Shown here: one piece after another, positions 55,956 through 64,000 of the stretch
Layout: each line of letters starts with the position of its first letter
How positions within the stretch are numbered: position 1 is the first letter of the stretch
Source of the DNA: an uncultured Alphaproteobacteria bacterium
GTDB lineage: Bacteria > Pseudomonadota > Alphaproteobacteria > Rhizobiales > Hyphomicrobiaceae
DNA: 64,000 nt
Direction of reading: 5' to 3'
Assembly: GCA_963759735.1 (NCBI GenBank)
Contig: CAVXAF010000002.1
Location: 58,255 to 122,254, forward strand
Notes under the pieces: generated by a model
Database searches by the model: none
What the model saw: the letters and a program-made list of their open reading frames with translations, nothing else
Told to the model about the DNA's origin: nothing
Translations under genes and position numbers: made by a program

Positions 55956-56837
55956 TTACGTCCACTTTTGCCCAGGCTCCGCGGCGAGGCGCGTGCGCAG
56001 CCCCGCAGGTGCCGGGTCAGACTCTGCGAGTTCCACCGGTTCCTCGGCCGGACGGGCGCGCAGGATGCGGACGACGTGCTCGCGCACCTGTGCTTCGCTA
56101 TGCCGCGCCAGCTGCTTGCGGTCGGCGAAGCTGGTCAGCGGGACTGGATCCCCTACCCGGATCTCGACATCGAGAGGTCCGGCCTTGAGAAGCTCCCAGG
56201 CGTGACTGCGCATTTCCATGTCGCCGTACCAAGCGACGCCGGGACGGTCGGCACGGCCGAGCGGCATCCCGTGCAGACGCGTGTAGACGACGGACAGCGG
56301 CTGCACGACGGCGTCGGGGGCGGCGTTGGCCTCTCCTGGCTGCGGCTTGGCGGCCGCGAACAGCGAGGTCATGAAAGGCAGCACGCGGTTGCCGTCGCTC
56401 GAGGTGCCTTCGGCGAACAGCACGATGGCATCTCCTTGAGTAAGCCGCTGCATGATCTCGCCGGCGGCCTGACCGACGGCGGTACGCCGCGCACGGTCGA
56501 CGAAGACGGAGCGCTGCAGGCGTGCGAGGGAGGCGACGAACGGCCAGGTGGCGACCTCCTTCTTGGCGATGAAGGATACCGGCGCCACGGCGGACAGCAC
56601 TGGGATGTCGAGCCAGGTGGTGTGGTTGGCGACCAGCAGCACCGGTCGATTACGCACGACCTCGCCACGCAGGGCGATGCGTATGCCGAGCAGGCGGCAG
56701 ACTTGGCGGTGATACCAATGCGGGAAGGCGCGCGCCGATCTGGAACTGGTGCGCAGGAGCACGGCCTGCACCGGCATCAGCGGCACGGTGAGCGCGAAGA
56801 AGCCCGCCAGAACTGCTGCACCGCGGATCGCACCCAT
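55956..56837 (-). CDS. Lysophospholipid acyltransferase (PlsC/OlsA-like)
   Basis: NHTTWLD, FIAKKEV, FAEGTSSDG. Confidence 0.9.
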   Translation of the reverse strand: MGAIRGAAVLAGFFALTVPLMPVQAVLLRTSSRSARAFPHWYHRQVCRLLGIRIALRGEVVRNRPVLLVANHTTWLDIPVLSAVAPVSFIAKKEVATWPFVASLARLQRSVFVDRARRTAVGQAAGEIMQRLTQGDAIVLFAEGTSSDGNRVLPFMTSLFAAAKPQPGEANAAPDAVVQPLSVVYTRLHGMPLGRADRPGVAWYGDMEMRSHAWELLKAGPLDVEIRVGDPVPLTSFADRKQLARHSEAQVREHVVRILRARPAEEPVELAESDPAPAGLRTRLAAEPGQKWT

Positions 56838-56857
56838 GTTGGCTCCCCGCTGAGGCC

Positions 56858-57334
56858 CTAAGACTTCTTGGCCGGTTTCATGCGCACACCGTAGAGCTCG
56901 AGACGATGGCCGACGAGCTTGAAACCCAATTCGCGCGCGATGCGGTCCTGCAGCGCCTCGATGGCTTCGTTGCGGAACTCGATGACGCGCCCGGTGTCCA
57001 CGTCAATGAGATGATCGTGGTGGCCGCGCGCCGCGTCCTCGTAGCGCCCGCGCTTGTGGCCGAAGTCATGCCGCTCGAGAATACCCTTTTCGGCGAACAG
57101 CTTCAGCGTGCGATAAACGGTGGATAGCGAGATGCGCGGATCGACCTCGTTGGCGCGCTGGTAGACCTCCTCGACATCGGGATGATCCTTGGCGCTCGAC
57201 AATACGCGCGCGATGACGCGCCGCTGACCGGTCATGCGCAAACCCTGGTCGGCGCACAGCAGTTCGATGCGGCTCAGCGTCTGGTGTGCAGAATCGGGCA
57301 TGCGGCGGTGATCGCTCCGCTCTCGCTCGGTCAA
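56858..57334 (-). CDS. Fur-family transcriptional regulator (Fur/Mur)
   Basis: GLRMTGQRR, HPDVEE, SLSTVYRTLKLF, HHDHLID. Confidence 0.92.
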   Translation of the reverse strand: MTERERSDHRRMPDSAHQTLSRIELLCADQGLRMTGQRRVIARVLSSAKDHPDVEEVYQRANEVDPRISLSTVYRTLKLFAEKGILERHDFGHKRGRYEDAARGHHDHLIDVDTGRVIEFRNEAIEALQDRIARELGFKLVGHRLELYGVRMKPAKKS

Positions 57335-57389
57335 CGCTTATAGGAAAGCGGCTGCGGGCCGTCCACCGCCGCCACCCATGCCGATTGAT

Positions 57390-57881
57390 CTACAGGTCGA
57401 GCGCCAGGATGACGGCATCGACGTTCTCGCCGCCGGCGCGCTTGTAATAGTCCTTGCGCCCGCCGGCCGGCTTGAACCCGAGGCTTAGATAGAGAGCGCC
57501 GGCAGCCACATTATCGCCCGCCACCTCGAGGAAGAGGCGCGATACTTCGGCCCGGCGCGCGGCCCGCACCAGCCCGCCGACCATCTGCCGACCGATGCCG
57601 CGGCGCTGCCATTCTGGCGCGACACCGATCGATAGAATCTCGGCCTCATCGGCGGCGATGCGACCGATAACGAAACCGGCCAGCAACCGCGGGTCGCGGA
57701 TCTGCGCAATGAACGAAGCGGATGCGGGATGCTCGATCGCCTCCACGATGCTGGCGGCATTCCATGGCGGATCGAAAAGCTGGGCGTGCAGGGCCGCGAT
57801 CTCGTCGGCGCGGTCTGGGCTCGCCCATAGCAAGCTGAGGTTTTTCGGGTCGAGAGGCGTGGCGGCGGCACACATGTTCAA
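57390..57881 (-). CDS. RimI-like GNAT acetyltransferase
   Basis: ADEAEILSIGV, RRGIG, FLEVAGDN..A..LY, RKDYY. Confidence 0.85.
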   Translation of the reverse strand: MNMCAAATPLDPKNLSLLWASPDRADEIAALHAQLFDPPWNAASIVEAIEHPASASFIAQIRDPRLLAGFVIGRIAADEAEILSIGVAPEWQRRGIGRQMVGGLVRAARRAEVSRLFLEVAGDNVAAGALYLSLGFKPAGGRKDYYKRAGGENVDAVILALDL

Positions 57882-58576
57882 GCTCTCGCGATCGCCTTGC
57901 CGCTTTGCGGCTTGGCATCGGGGGGCCGCAGATAGAACGGCACCAGCGGCGCGTCGGATGGTTCCAGCGTCGCCGCTATCTGGGCCACGGCAACCGCATC
58001 GGGCAGCAGGTCGGGGAGCATCGCCGCAGCGGTGCGACCCAGACCAGCGGCGATCGCTGCCACCTCCGCGCCGGCCGAGCCGACAAATACGATGGACCCA
58101 GTACCGCCCAGAACGGCCGCGTCGGCAAGTGACAGCAGTTGCGGTGGCGAGGCAGGATCGCGACCGCCTCCTTCAGCGCCGAATAGCTGCGCGTAAACTT
58201 CCCCGCGCCGCGCATCGACGACAACCGCCAGTGCCTTCGATTTGATCTGGCGGCGCGCCACCTCGGCCATGGCTGCCAAGCTCGAAACTCCGCTGGTGCG
58301 CGCTCCGATGGCCAGCGCCACCGCGCGCGCTGCGGCGACGCCGATGCGCGTTCCGGTGAACGTGCCGGGTCCAACGGTGACGGCAATCTGGGTGAGGTCG
58401 TCAAAACTCAAACGCGCCTCCTCCATGGCTTCGCCGATCATGGGAATGAGGCGCTCGGCGTGACCGGTCTCGAAGCGCTCCATCCTGGAGCTCAGCTCGA
58501 CGAGGGCGCGTCCGTGCCGCTCGGCAACGCAAACCGAGCAGCCATCGAAGCACGTATCGAAGGCAAGTATGTTCAT
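57878..58576 (-). CDS. tsaB: tRNA t6A modification protein TsaB
   Basis: ILAFDTC, GHAERL, GPGTFTGTRIG, DARRGEVY. Confidence 0.94.
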   Translation of the reverse strand: MNILAFDTCFDGCSVCVAERHGRALVELSSRMERFETGHAERLIPMIGEAMEEARLSFDDLTQIAVTVGPGTFTGTRIGVAAARAVALAIGARTSGVSSLAAMAEVARRQIKSKALAVVVDARRGEVYAQLFGAEGGGRDPASPPQLLSLADAAVLGGTGSIVFVGSAGAEVAAIAAGLGRTAAAMLPDLLPDAVAVAQIAATLEPSDAPLVPFYLRPPDAKPQSGKAIARA

Positions 58577-58645
58577 GCGCCGCACCCTATACGCAGAGCA
58601 CAGCAGTTTCACCACTTGAAAATGCAATTCTCGGTAGCCGGCCGC

Positions 58646-59230
58646 TCAGACGACGGTCGCAATCTCGCCGAACGCAAACCGCGGCAACCGCGCCTGGACC
58701 GCCGCAGGATCGCCGTATCCGAGGTTGCAGAGGAAATTCGAGCGGACGCTTGTGCCGGCAAAGAATTCCTTGTCGACAGCGGCGCTGTCGAAGCCGGACA
58801 TCGGCCCGCAATCAAGTCCCAAAAGCCGCGCTGCAATAATGAGATAGGCGCCCTGCAGCGTGCCGTTGCGGAATGCCGTTTCGTGAATCTTTTCCGGCTT
58901 GCCGACGAATGAGGCCATCATGTCCTTGTGCGGAAACAGCTGCGGCAGGTGCTGATAGAATTCCAGGTCGTAGCCGATGATGGCGCAGACCGGCGCCTGC
59001 ATGGTCTTGGCGCGATTGCCTTCGCTGAGCAACGGCTGCAGCTTTGCTTTCGCTTCCTTGGATTTCACGAATATGAAACGCGCCGGCTCGCAGTTGGCGC
59101 TGGTCGGCCCCAGCACGACAGCGTCGACGAGCTGCTTCAACAGGCTGTCGGGCACGTCCTTGGGCAGCCAAGCATTTTGCGTGCGCGCGTCGAGAAAGGC
59201 TTGGCGAAGGGCTGCTTCTGCGGCTGGCAT
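58646..59230 (-). CDS. Malonic semialdehyde reductase / RutE-like nitroreductase
   Basis: ARTQNAW, GPTSANCEPARF, RNGTLQGAY, LGLDCGPMSGFD. Confidence 0.88.
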   Translation of the reverse strand: MPAAEAALRQAFLDARTQNAWLPKDVPDSLLKQLVDAVVLGPTSANCEPARFIFVKSKEAKAKLQPLLSEGNRAKTMQAPVCAIIGYDLEFYQHLPQLFPHKDMMASFVGKPEKIHETAFRNGTLQGAYLIIAARLLGLDCGPMSGFDSAAVDKEFFAGTSVRSNFLCNLGYGDPAAVQARLPRFAFGEIATVV

Positions 59231-59254
59231 GATGGCTCTCCCGTGGGCCGGCTG

Positions 59255-59288
59255 AAAAACAAAAACCCCGCCACAGGGGGCGGGGTTT
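59255..59288 (-). terminator. Rho-independent terminator after nfuA
   Basis: AAACCCCGCC / GGCGGGGTTT stem with an A-tract on the plus strand (U-tract on the minus strand). Confidence 0.8.
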
Positions 59289-59309
59289 CGCGTGCGCACT
59301 CTTTCAGGC

Positions 59310-59864
59310 TTATACGGCCTGCACCTCTTGCACTTCCGGGCAGAAGTGGCGGAGCAAGTTCTCGATGCCGTGGCGCAGCGTGGCGGTTGAGCTGGGGCAG
59401 CCAGAGCAGGCGCCGCGCATGTGCAGGTAGACGATGCCGTCGCGGAAGGCGGAGAAGGTGATGTCGCCGCCATCCTGGGCGACGGCCGGGCGCACGCGCG
59501 TTTCCAGCAGCTCCCTGATGGTGGCGACGATAGCCTCGTCCTTGGGGTCGTACGATGTCGCACCGGTGTCGTCGTTGGCGGTCTCCGCCACGACGGGTGC
59601 GCCCGACATGAAGTGCTCCATGATGGCGCCGAGGATCATCGGCTTTAAGTGCTGCCACTCCTCCTCGCCCTTGGTCACGGAGATGAAGTCGGAGCCGAGA
59701 AACACACCGCGCACGCCCTTGATGTCGAAGAGGCGCGAGGCAAGCGGGGAAGCCAGGGCTTCGCCCTTGTCGGTGAAGTCGGCGGTGCCGTCGGCGAGCA
59801 CCGACTTGCCGGGAATGAACTTCAGCGTCGCCGGGTTGGGGGTCGCTTCGGTCTGGATGAACAT
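59310..59864 (-). CDS. nfuA: NifU/Nfu family Fe-S carrier protein
   Basis: MFIQTEATPNPATLKF, VRPAVAQDGGDI, GACSGCPSS. Confidence 0.92.
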   Translation of the reverse strand: MFIQTEATPNPATLKFIPGKSVLADGTADFTDKGEALASPLASRLFDIKGVRGVFLGSDFISVTKGEEEWQHLKPMILGAIMEHFMSGAPVVAETANDDTGATSYDPKDEAIVATIRELLETRVRPAVAQDGGDITFSAFRDGIVYLHMRGACSGCPSSTATLRHGIENLLRHFCPEVQEVQAV

Positions 59865-59919
59865 CGGCCTCGCCTTTCCGCATCTGCCATCGCCGGATCA
59901 ACCGGCGGTCGAACACTTG

Positions 59920-59936
59920 TTTAGAATTGCTCTAAT
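59920..59936. promoter_or_regulatory. Irr-binding iron control element (ICE) candidate
   Basis: TTTAGAA-TTG-CTCTAAT matches TTTRGAAYNRTTCYAAA at 15/17 positions; 55 nt upstream of nfuA. Confidence 0.65.
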
Positions 59937-59978
59937 ATAGGCAATTCCGGGGACGATTTCGAGTGCCTTTGAGGCCTT

Positions 59979-60485
59979 TTAGTCCAGGCTGCGGACTTCC
60001 TCCAGCTCAAGCGAGCCGGGTACGATGGTAATTGGGATCGGAAAGCTGCCCATGGCGCCACTTGCGGCAAGGGATGAGACCAGCGGCCCTGGTCCCGCGG
60101 CGTCCGTCGAGGCGCCGAGCACCAGAACCGCGATGTCCTCGTCCTCGTCGATGAGCTTGCGAATTTCCCCGCCCTTGCTGCCTTCGCGGATGATTTCCTC
60201 GCAGGCGACGTTCTCATAGCCAGCGTTGTTCAGCTTGCGGCGCATAAGACGAAACAACGCCTTGGCCTTCGTCGTCTCTTCCTCGATCTGCTGCTGGCGT
60301 ACGTTGATCCAGTGCTGGAACTCCTGCGGCACGATTACGTACAGCATGACGAGCGCGCCGGACGACCGCTGCATGCGGCTCGCCGCGTAATACAGCGCGG
60401 TGTCGACCTCCGGAGTTTCATCGATGACGATGAGGAACTTCCGGAAGTGGTCGGCCTCGAAGGATCGGCGCTTCTTGATCGTCAT
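59979..60485 (-). CDS. Universal stress protein
   Basis: RKFLIVIDETPE, LVLGAS, GPGPLVS, PITIVPG. Confidence 0.88.
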   Translation of the reverse strand: MTIKKRRSFEADHFRKFLIVIDETPEVDTALYYAASRMQRSSGALVMLYVIVPQEFQHWINVRQQQIEEETTKAKALFRLMRRKLNNAGYENVACEEIIREGSKGGEIRKLIDEDEDIAVLVLGASTDAAGPGPLVSSLAASGAMGSFPIPITIVPGSLELEEVRSLD

Positions 60486-60531
60486 GAGCGCATGCTGCCA
60501 CGAGGTCCGAGGACTAACAACCGCGCGCCCA

Positions 60532-61590
60532 TCATGAGCGCACGAACCCGACGATATCCTTGACCTGGGCCATGACCGGCGCGGCGATGGCGCGGGCACG
60601 CTGGGAGCCATCGGCGAGGATGCGATCGATCTCGGCCGGGTCGGCAGTGAGCCGCAGGATCTCGGCGCGGATCGGGCCCAGCTTTTCCACGGCGGCCGCG
60701 GTAAGCAGCCGCTTGAGGCCGGTGAAAATGCTTGGTCCCTCCCCCGAAGTGGTGATCAGCTCGCCGAGAGCGGCTTCCTTGGTGATATCGGCCAGAGCCG
60801 CGTAGATGCCGACAAGGTTGTCGATCTCGGGACGCGCCTTCAGCTCCTCCAGATTGCCCGGAGGCGCCGGCTCCATGTCGGTCTTGGCGCGCTTGATCTT
60901 GTCGGCGATGGTGTCGGTATCGTCCATCAGGTTGATGCGCGACATGTCCGAAGGCTCGGACTTCGACATCTTCCTGGTCCCATCGCGCAGGCTCATGACG
61001 CGTGTTGCAGGTCCGGTGATCACCGGCTCGGGCTGCGGGAAGAAGATCCCGTCGGTGTATCCTGCGGCGATTATGCGGTCGCGGAAGTCGCCGTTGAACT
61101 TCTGGGCGATGTCGCGCGCCAGCTCGAGGTGCTGCTTCTGGTCCTCGCCGACCGGCACATGCGTCGCCTGGTAGGCGAGGATGTCGGCAGCCATGAGGTT
61201 TGGATAGGCGTAGAGGCCGACCGAGGCGTTCTCGCGGTCCTTGCCGGCCTTCTCCTTGAACTGCGTCATGCGGTTGAGCCACCCGAGACGGGCAACGCAG
61301 TTGAACACCCAGGCGAGCTCGGCGTGCTCGGCAACCTGGCTCTGGTTGAAGAGGATGCTGCGCTTGGGGTCAAGGCCGGAGGCGATATAGGCAGCGGTCA
61401 CCTGCCGGATGGCATTCTTCAGCTCCTGCGGATCCTGCCAGACCGTGATCGCGTGCAGATCGACGACGCAGTAGATGCACTCGTGCGTCTCCTGCATGCG
61501 GATCCAATTCACCATCGCCCCTAGGTAATTCCCAAGGTGCAGGCTGCCGGTCGGCTGCATGCCGGAGAACACGCGCTCTTTGAAAGTCAT
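60532..61590 (-). CDS. trpS: Tryptophanyl-tRNA synthetase
   Basis: [28 protein letters not shown]. Confidence 0.97.
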   Translation of the reverse strand: MTFKERVFSGMQPTGSLHLGNYLGAMVNWIRMQETHECIYCVVDLHAITVWQDPQELKNAIRQVTAAYIASGLDPKRSILFNQSQVAEHAELAWVFNCVARLGWLNRMTQFKEKAGKDRENASVGLYAYPNLMAADILAYQATHVPVGEDQKQHLELARDIAQKFNGDFRDRIIAAGYTDGIFFPQPEPVITGPATRVMSLRDGTRKMSKSEPSDMSRINLMDDTDTIADKIKRAKTDMEPAPPGNLEELKARPEIDNLVGIYAALADITKEAALGELITTSGEGPSIFTGLKRLLTAAAVEKLGPIRAEILRLTADPAEIDRILADGSQRARAIAAPVMAQVKDIVGFVRS

Positions 61591-61675
61591 TGGAGCCCCT
61601 TGAAGCGATAGGCGCGGGTTTATGGCGCGGCACCGGTAGCAGCGCAAGGCCGCCTCGATGCGAGGGTCGTCGGCC

Positions 61676-63274
61676 TCAGACCGGCCCGGGGGGCGGCGTG
61701 CGGCGCGACAGGAAGCGACGCAACTGCCGGGCGTCGAGAGCCCCCGTCGCGAATATGGCCGCGGCGTAGGCGATAAACCCGGATCCGACCAGCACGGTCA
61801 GCGCGAAGGCTCGCGTCAATTCGGGCGTCGGGGCGCGGAACATGCCGGCCAACATCTGCGCCACGAGCCAAAGGACGACGCCCATGATGGCGCTGGCCAG
61901 CACGATGCGCGGCAGGTTGTGCTTCAATCGCTGGTCAGCGATGAAGAAACCGCGCTTGGCCAGCGTTGCATAGAGCAGCCCAGCGTTGAGGATGCCGCCC
62001 AGCGTCGTCGCCACGGCGATGCCGAGATGCGGCATCCATCCGTAGGCACGGAAAACGAAGAACAGCGCGATGGAGCCGATCGTGTTCGCCGTCAGGCTGA
62101 TCGTTGCATAGATCATCGGCGTCTTGGTGTCTTCGCGCGCGAAGTAGGCCGGCGAGAACACTTTGATCAGCACGAAGCTGGGCAGCCCGATGGCGAAAAT
62201 GCCCAACGCCCAGGCGGTGGCCGGCGTGTCGACGGCCGTGAAGGCCCCGCGCTCGAAAAGCGCCGCCACGATCTGCGTTGGCACCACGGCGAGCGCGACC
62301 GCCGCCGGCATGGTCAACAGGGCGGCGAATTCCAAGGAGCGGTTCTGGCTGTCCATCACCGCTTCGTGGTTCTCGGCGCGCAGGTGGCGCGCCACATCCG
62401 GCAACAGCACGACGCCGATGGCGATGCCGACGATGGCGAGCGGGAGCTCATACAGCCGATCGGCATAATAAAGGTAGGAGACGGCACCGTTCTGCATCGA
62501 GGCGATGACGGTGCCGATGACGATGTTGATCTGCGTTACGCCACCGGCAATGACGCCGGGAATGCCGAGCCGGATGAGCCGGCGCATGCCGTCCGTCATG
62601 CGCGGCCGGCGTAGCTTCAGCCAGATGTTGTTGCGGCGCAGACCGTCGATGAGAACCACCAACTGCAGAATGCCGGCGACGAACACGCCCCATGCCTGGA
62701 TGACGCCGGCCATCGGCTCGTTCTGGTAGCCGAGCCACATGCCGATCAGCGTCGCCAGCATCATCACGCCGTTGAGGACGATGGAGACGGAGGAACTCTC
62801 GACGAACTTGCCGAACGAGTTGAGCACCCCCGACATCAGGGCGACGATCGACATGCACAGCAAGTAGGGCATCGTGATGCGTGTCAGCAGCACCGCCAGG
62901 TCGAACTTCTCCGGGTTTTCGCTGAACCCGGGAGCCAAACCGTACATCAGGAATGGCATGGTGATTTCGGCGACGACGATGAGGATGAGAAGGATAAAGA
63001 CGAGCCCCGACATCGCCTCCTCGGCGAAGGCACGTGCCGCTTCACGCCCGTCGCCCTCAAGCCGCTTGGCGAATAGCGGCACGAACGCCGCGTTGAAGGC
63101 GCCTTCGCCGAACAAGCGACGGAACAGATTGGGGAATCTGAAGGCGACGAAGAATGCGTCGGCCACGGCGCCCGAGCCCAGCACGGCGGCTATGAGGATA
63201 TCGCGCAGAAAGCCGAAGACGCGGCTCAACATGGTGAGGCCGCCGACGGTCGCGAAGGAGCGGTAGAGCTTCAT
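61676..63274 (-). CDS. murJ: Lipid II flippase
   Basis: [47 protein letters not shown]-like motif. Confidence 0.95.
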   Translation of the reverse strand: MKLYRSFATVGGLTMLSRVFGFLRDILIAAVLGSGAVADAFFVAFRFPNLFRRLFGEGAFNAAFVPLFAKRLEGDGREAARAFAEEAMSGLVFILLILIVVAEITMPFLMYGLAPGFSENPEKFDLAVLLTRITMPYLLCMSIVALMSGVLNSFGKFVESSSVSIVLNGVMMLATLIGMWLGYQNEPMAGVIQAWGVFVAGILQLVVLIDGLRRNNIWLKLRRPRMTDGMRRLIRLGIPGVIAGGVTQINIVIGTVIASMQNGAVSYLYYADRLYELPLAIVGIAIGVVLLPDVARHLRAENHEAVMDSQNRSLEFAALLTMPAAVALAVVPTQIVAALFERGAFTAVDTPATAWALGIFAIGLPSFVLIKVFSPAYFAREDTKTPMIYATISLTANTIGSIALFFVFRAYGWMPHLGIAVATTLGGILNAGLLYATLAKRGFFIADQRLKHNLPRIVLASAIMGVVLWLVAQMLAGMFRAPTPELTRAFALTVLVGSGFIAYAAAIFATGALDARQLRRFLSRRTPPPGPV

Positions 63275-63420
63275 GGGCGCTGAGCGGTAGCGGAGCCCTG
63301 GCCGAAGGGCAAGCGGCCAGATGCGCACGGGCTGAGCCGGGCGCCGGCAGTCGGGCGCACCGTTGACATCGCCATGCCTATTGCCGACAAGTTTTTGACG
63401 ACAGGTGGGAGGACTGAGAG

Positions 63421-64000
63421 ATGTTTCCGCTCGGCGACGACAATTCCCAGCGGCGCTCTACGCCGTACGTCACCTACATCCTCATTATCATCAATGTCCT
63501 CGTCTTCCTGCTCGAATTGCAGAACGGCGACGCCTTCATCCAGGAGTGGGCGTTCGTTCCTGGGCGCTTCACCGACGCCCCTCTCGCCAATATGGCCACC
63601 GTGTTCACCGCAATGTTCATGCACGGCGGCTGGATGCACCTGGGTGGCAACATGCTCTACCTGTGGATCTTCGGCGACAACGTCGAGGACCGCTTCGGGC
63701 ACTTGAAGTTCCTGCTGTTCTATCTGCTGGCCGGCATCGCCGCGACGTTCGCCCAGTACTACGTGAGCAGCACTTCGATGATCCCAAACGTCGGCGCCTC
63801 CGGCGCCATTGCCGGCGTTCTCGGTGCGTATCTGCTGATGTTCCCGCAGGCGAAGGTCAAAGTGCTGGTCGGCAACCAGATGGTGGCAATGCCGGCGCTT
63901 GTCGTGCTCGGCCTGTGGATCGCCCTGCAGATGTTCAGCGGCGTCGGCTCCATCGCCTATACCGACGAGACGACCAAGGATGTCGGCGGCATCGCCTACA
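63421..64000 (+). CDS. Rhomboid family intramembrane serine protease, 3'-truncated (absent from the ORF track)
   Basis: Translated by hand from ATG 63421: MFPLGDDN..MFMHGGWMHLGGNMLYLWIFGDNVEDRFG..VGASGAIAG; open to the window end. Confidence 0.92.
   Translation, partial: MFPLGDDNSQRRSTPYVTYILIIINVLVFLLELQNGDAFIQEWAFVPGRFTDAPLANMATVFTAMFMHGGWMHLGGNMLYLWIFGDNVEDRFGHLKFLLFYLLAGIAATFAQYYVSSTSMIPNVGASGAIAGVLGAYLLMFPQAKVKVLVGNQMVAMPALVVLGLWIALQMFSGVGSIAYTDETTKDVGGIAY

Overview
A high-GC alphaproteobacterial chromosome segment; the gene content and synteny resemble Hyphomicrobiales/Hyphomicrobiaceae (inference). Most of it is housekeeping: Fe3+ ABC transporter, asmA, glpD, DUF4212 plus sodium:solute symporter, coaBC-dut-cysK-moeB, irr / fabA-fabB-fabI-murI, csoR / copA, the rimP-nusA-ylxR-infB-rbfA-truB-rpsO-pnp cluster, metK-trmB, the nfuA-tsaB-rimI-fur-plsC-miaB-phoH-ybeY-corC-lnt cluster, and murJ-trpS. 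A mosaic accessory stretch at about 24.3-37.1 kb holds a 56-58 bp tandem repeat, a His/Asp-repeat Spy/CpxP-type chaperone, aguA/aguB, an FAD oxidase, glycerate kinase, small hypotheticals, a Trp/Arg-rich secreted peptide and a CHASE3 phosphorelay. I saw no tRNA, rRNA, CRISPR array, transposase, integrase or phage gene. Between about 27.4 and 47.7 kb many genes, including essential infB and nusA, carry single-base frameshifts that are most likely sequencing or assembly errors. The best leads are: (1) a promoter- and terminator-bounded ~110-nt RNA at 9.8-9.9 kb with a motif complementary to the alpha-r8/suhB sRNA core; (2) the secreted peptide ending GWRRWRGHRNWWWRWRRW; (3) a possible extended copper locus around csoR-copA; (4) a 12-Cys protein coupled inside the iron ABC operon; (5) an Irr-type ICE box in front of nfuA. 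All family calls come from motif recognition by eye; no database searches were run.
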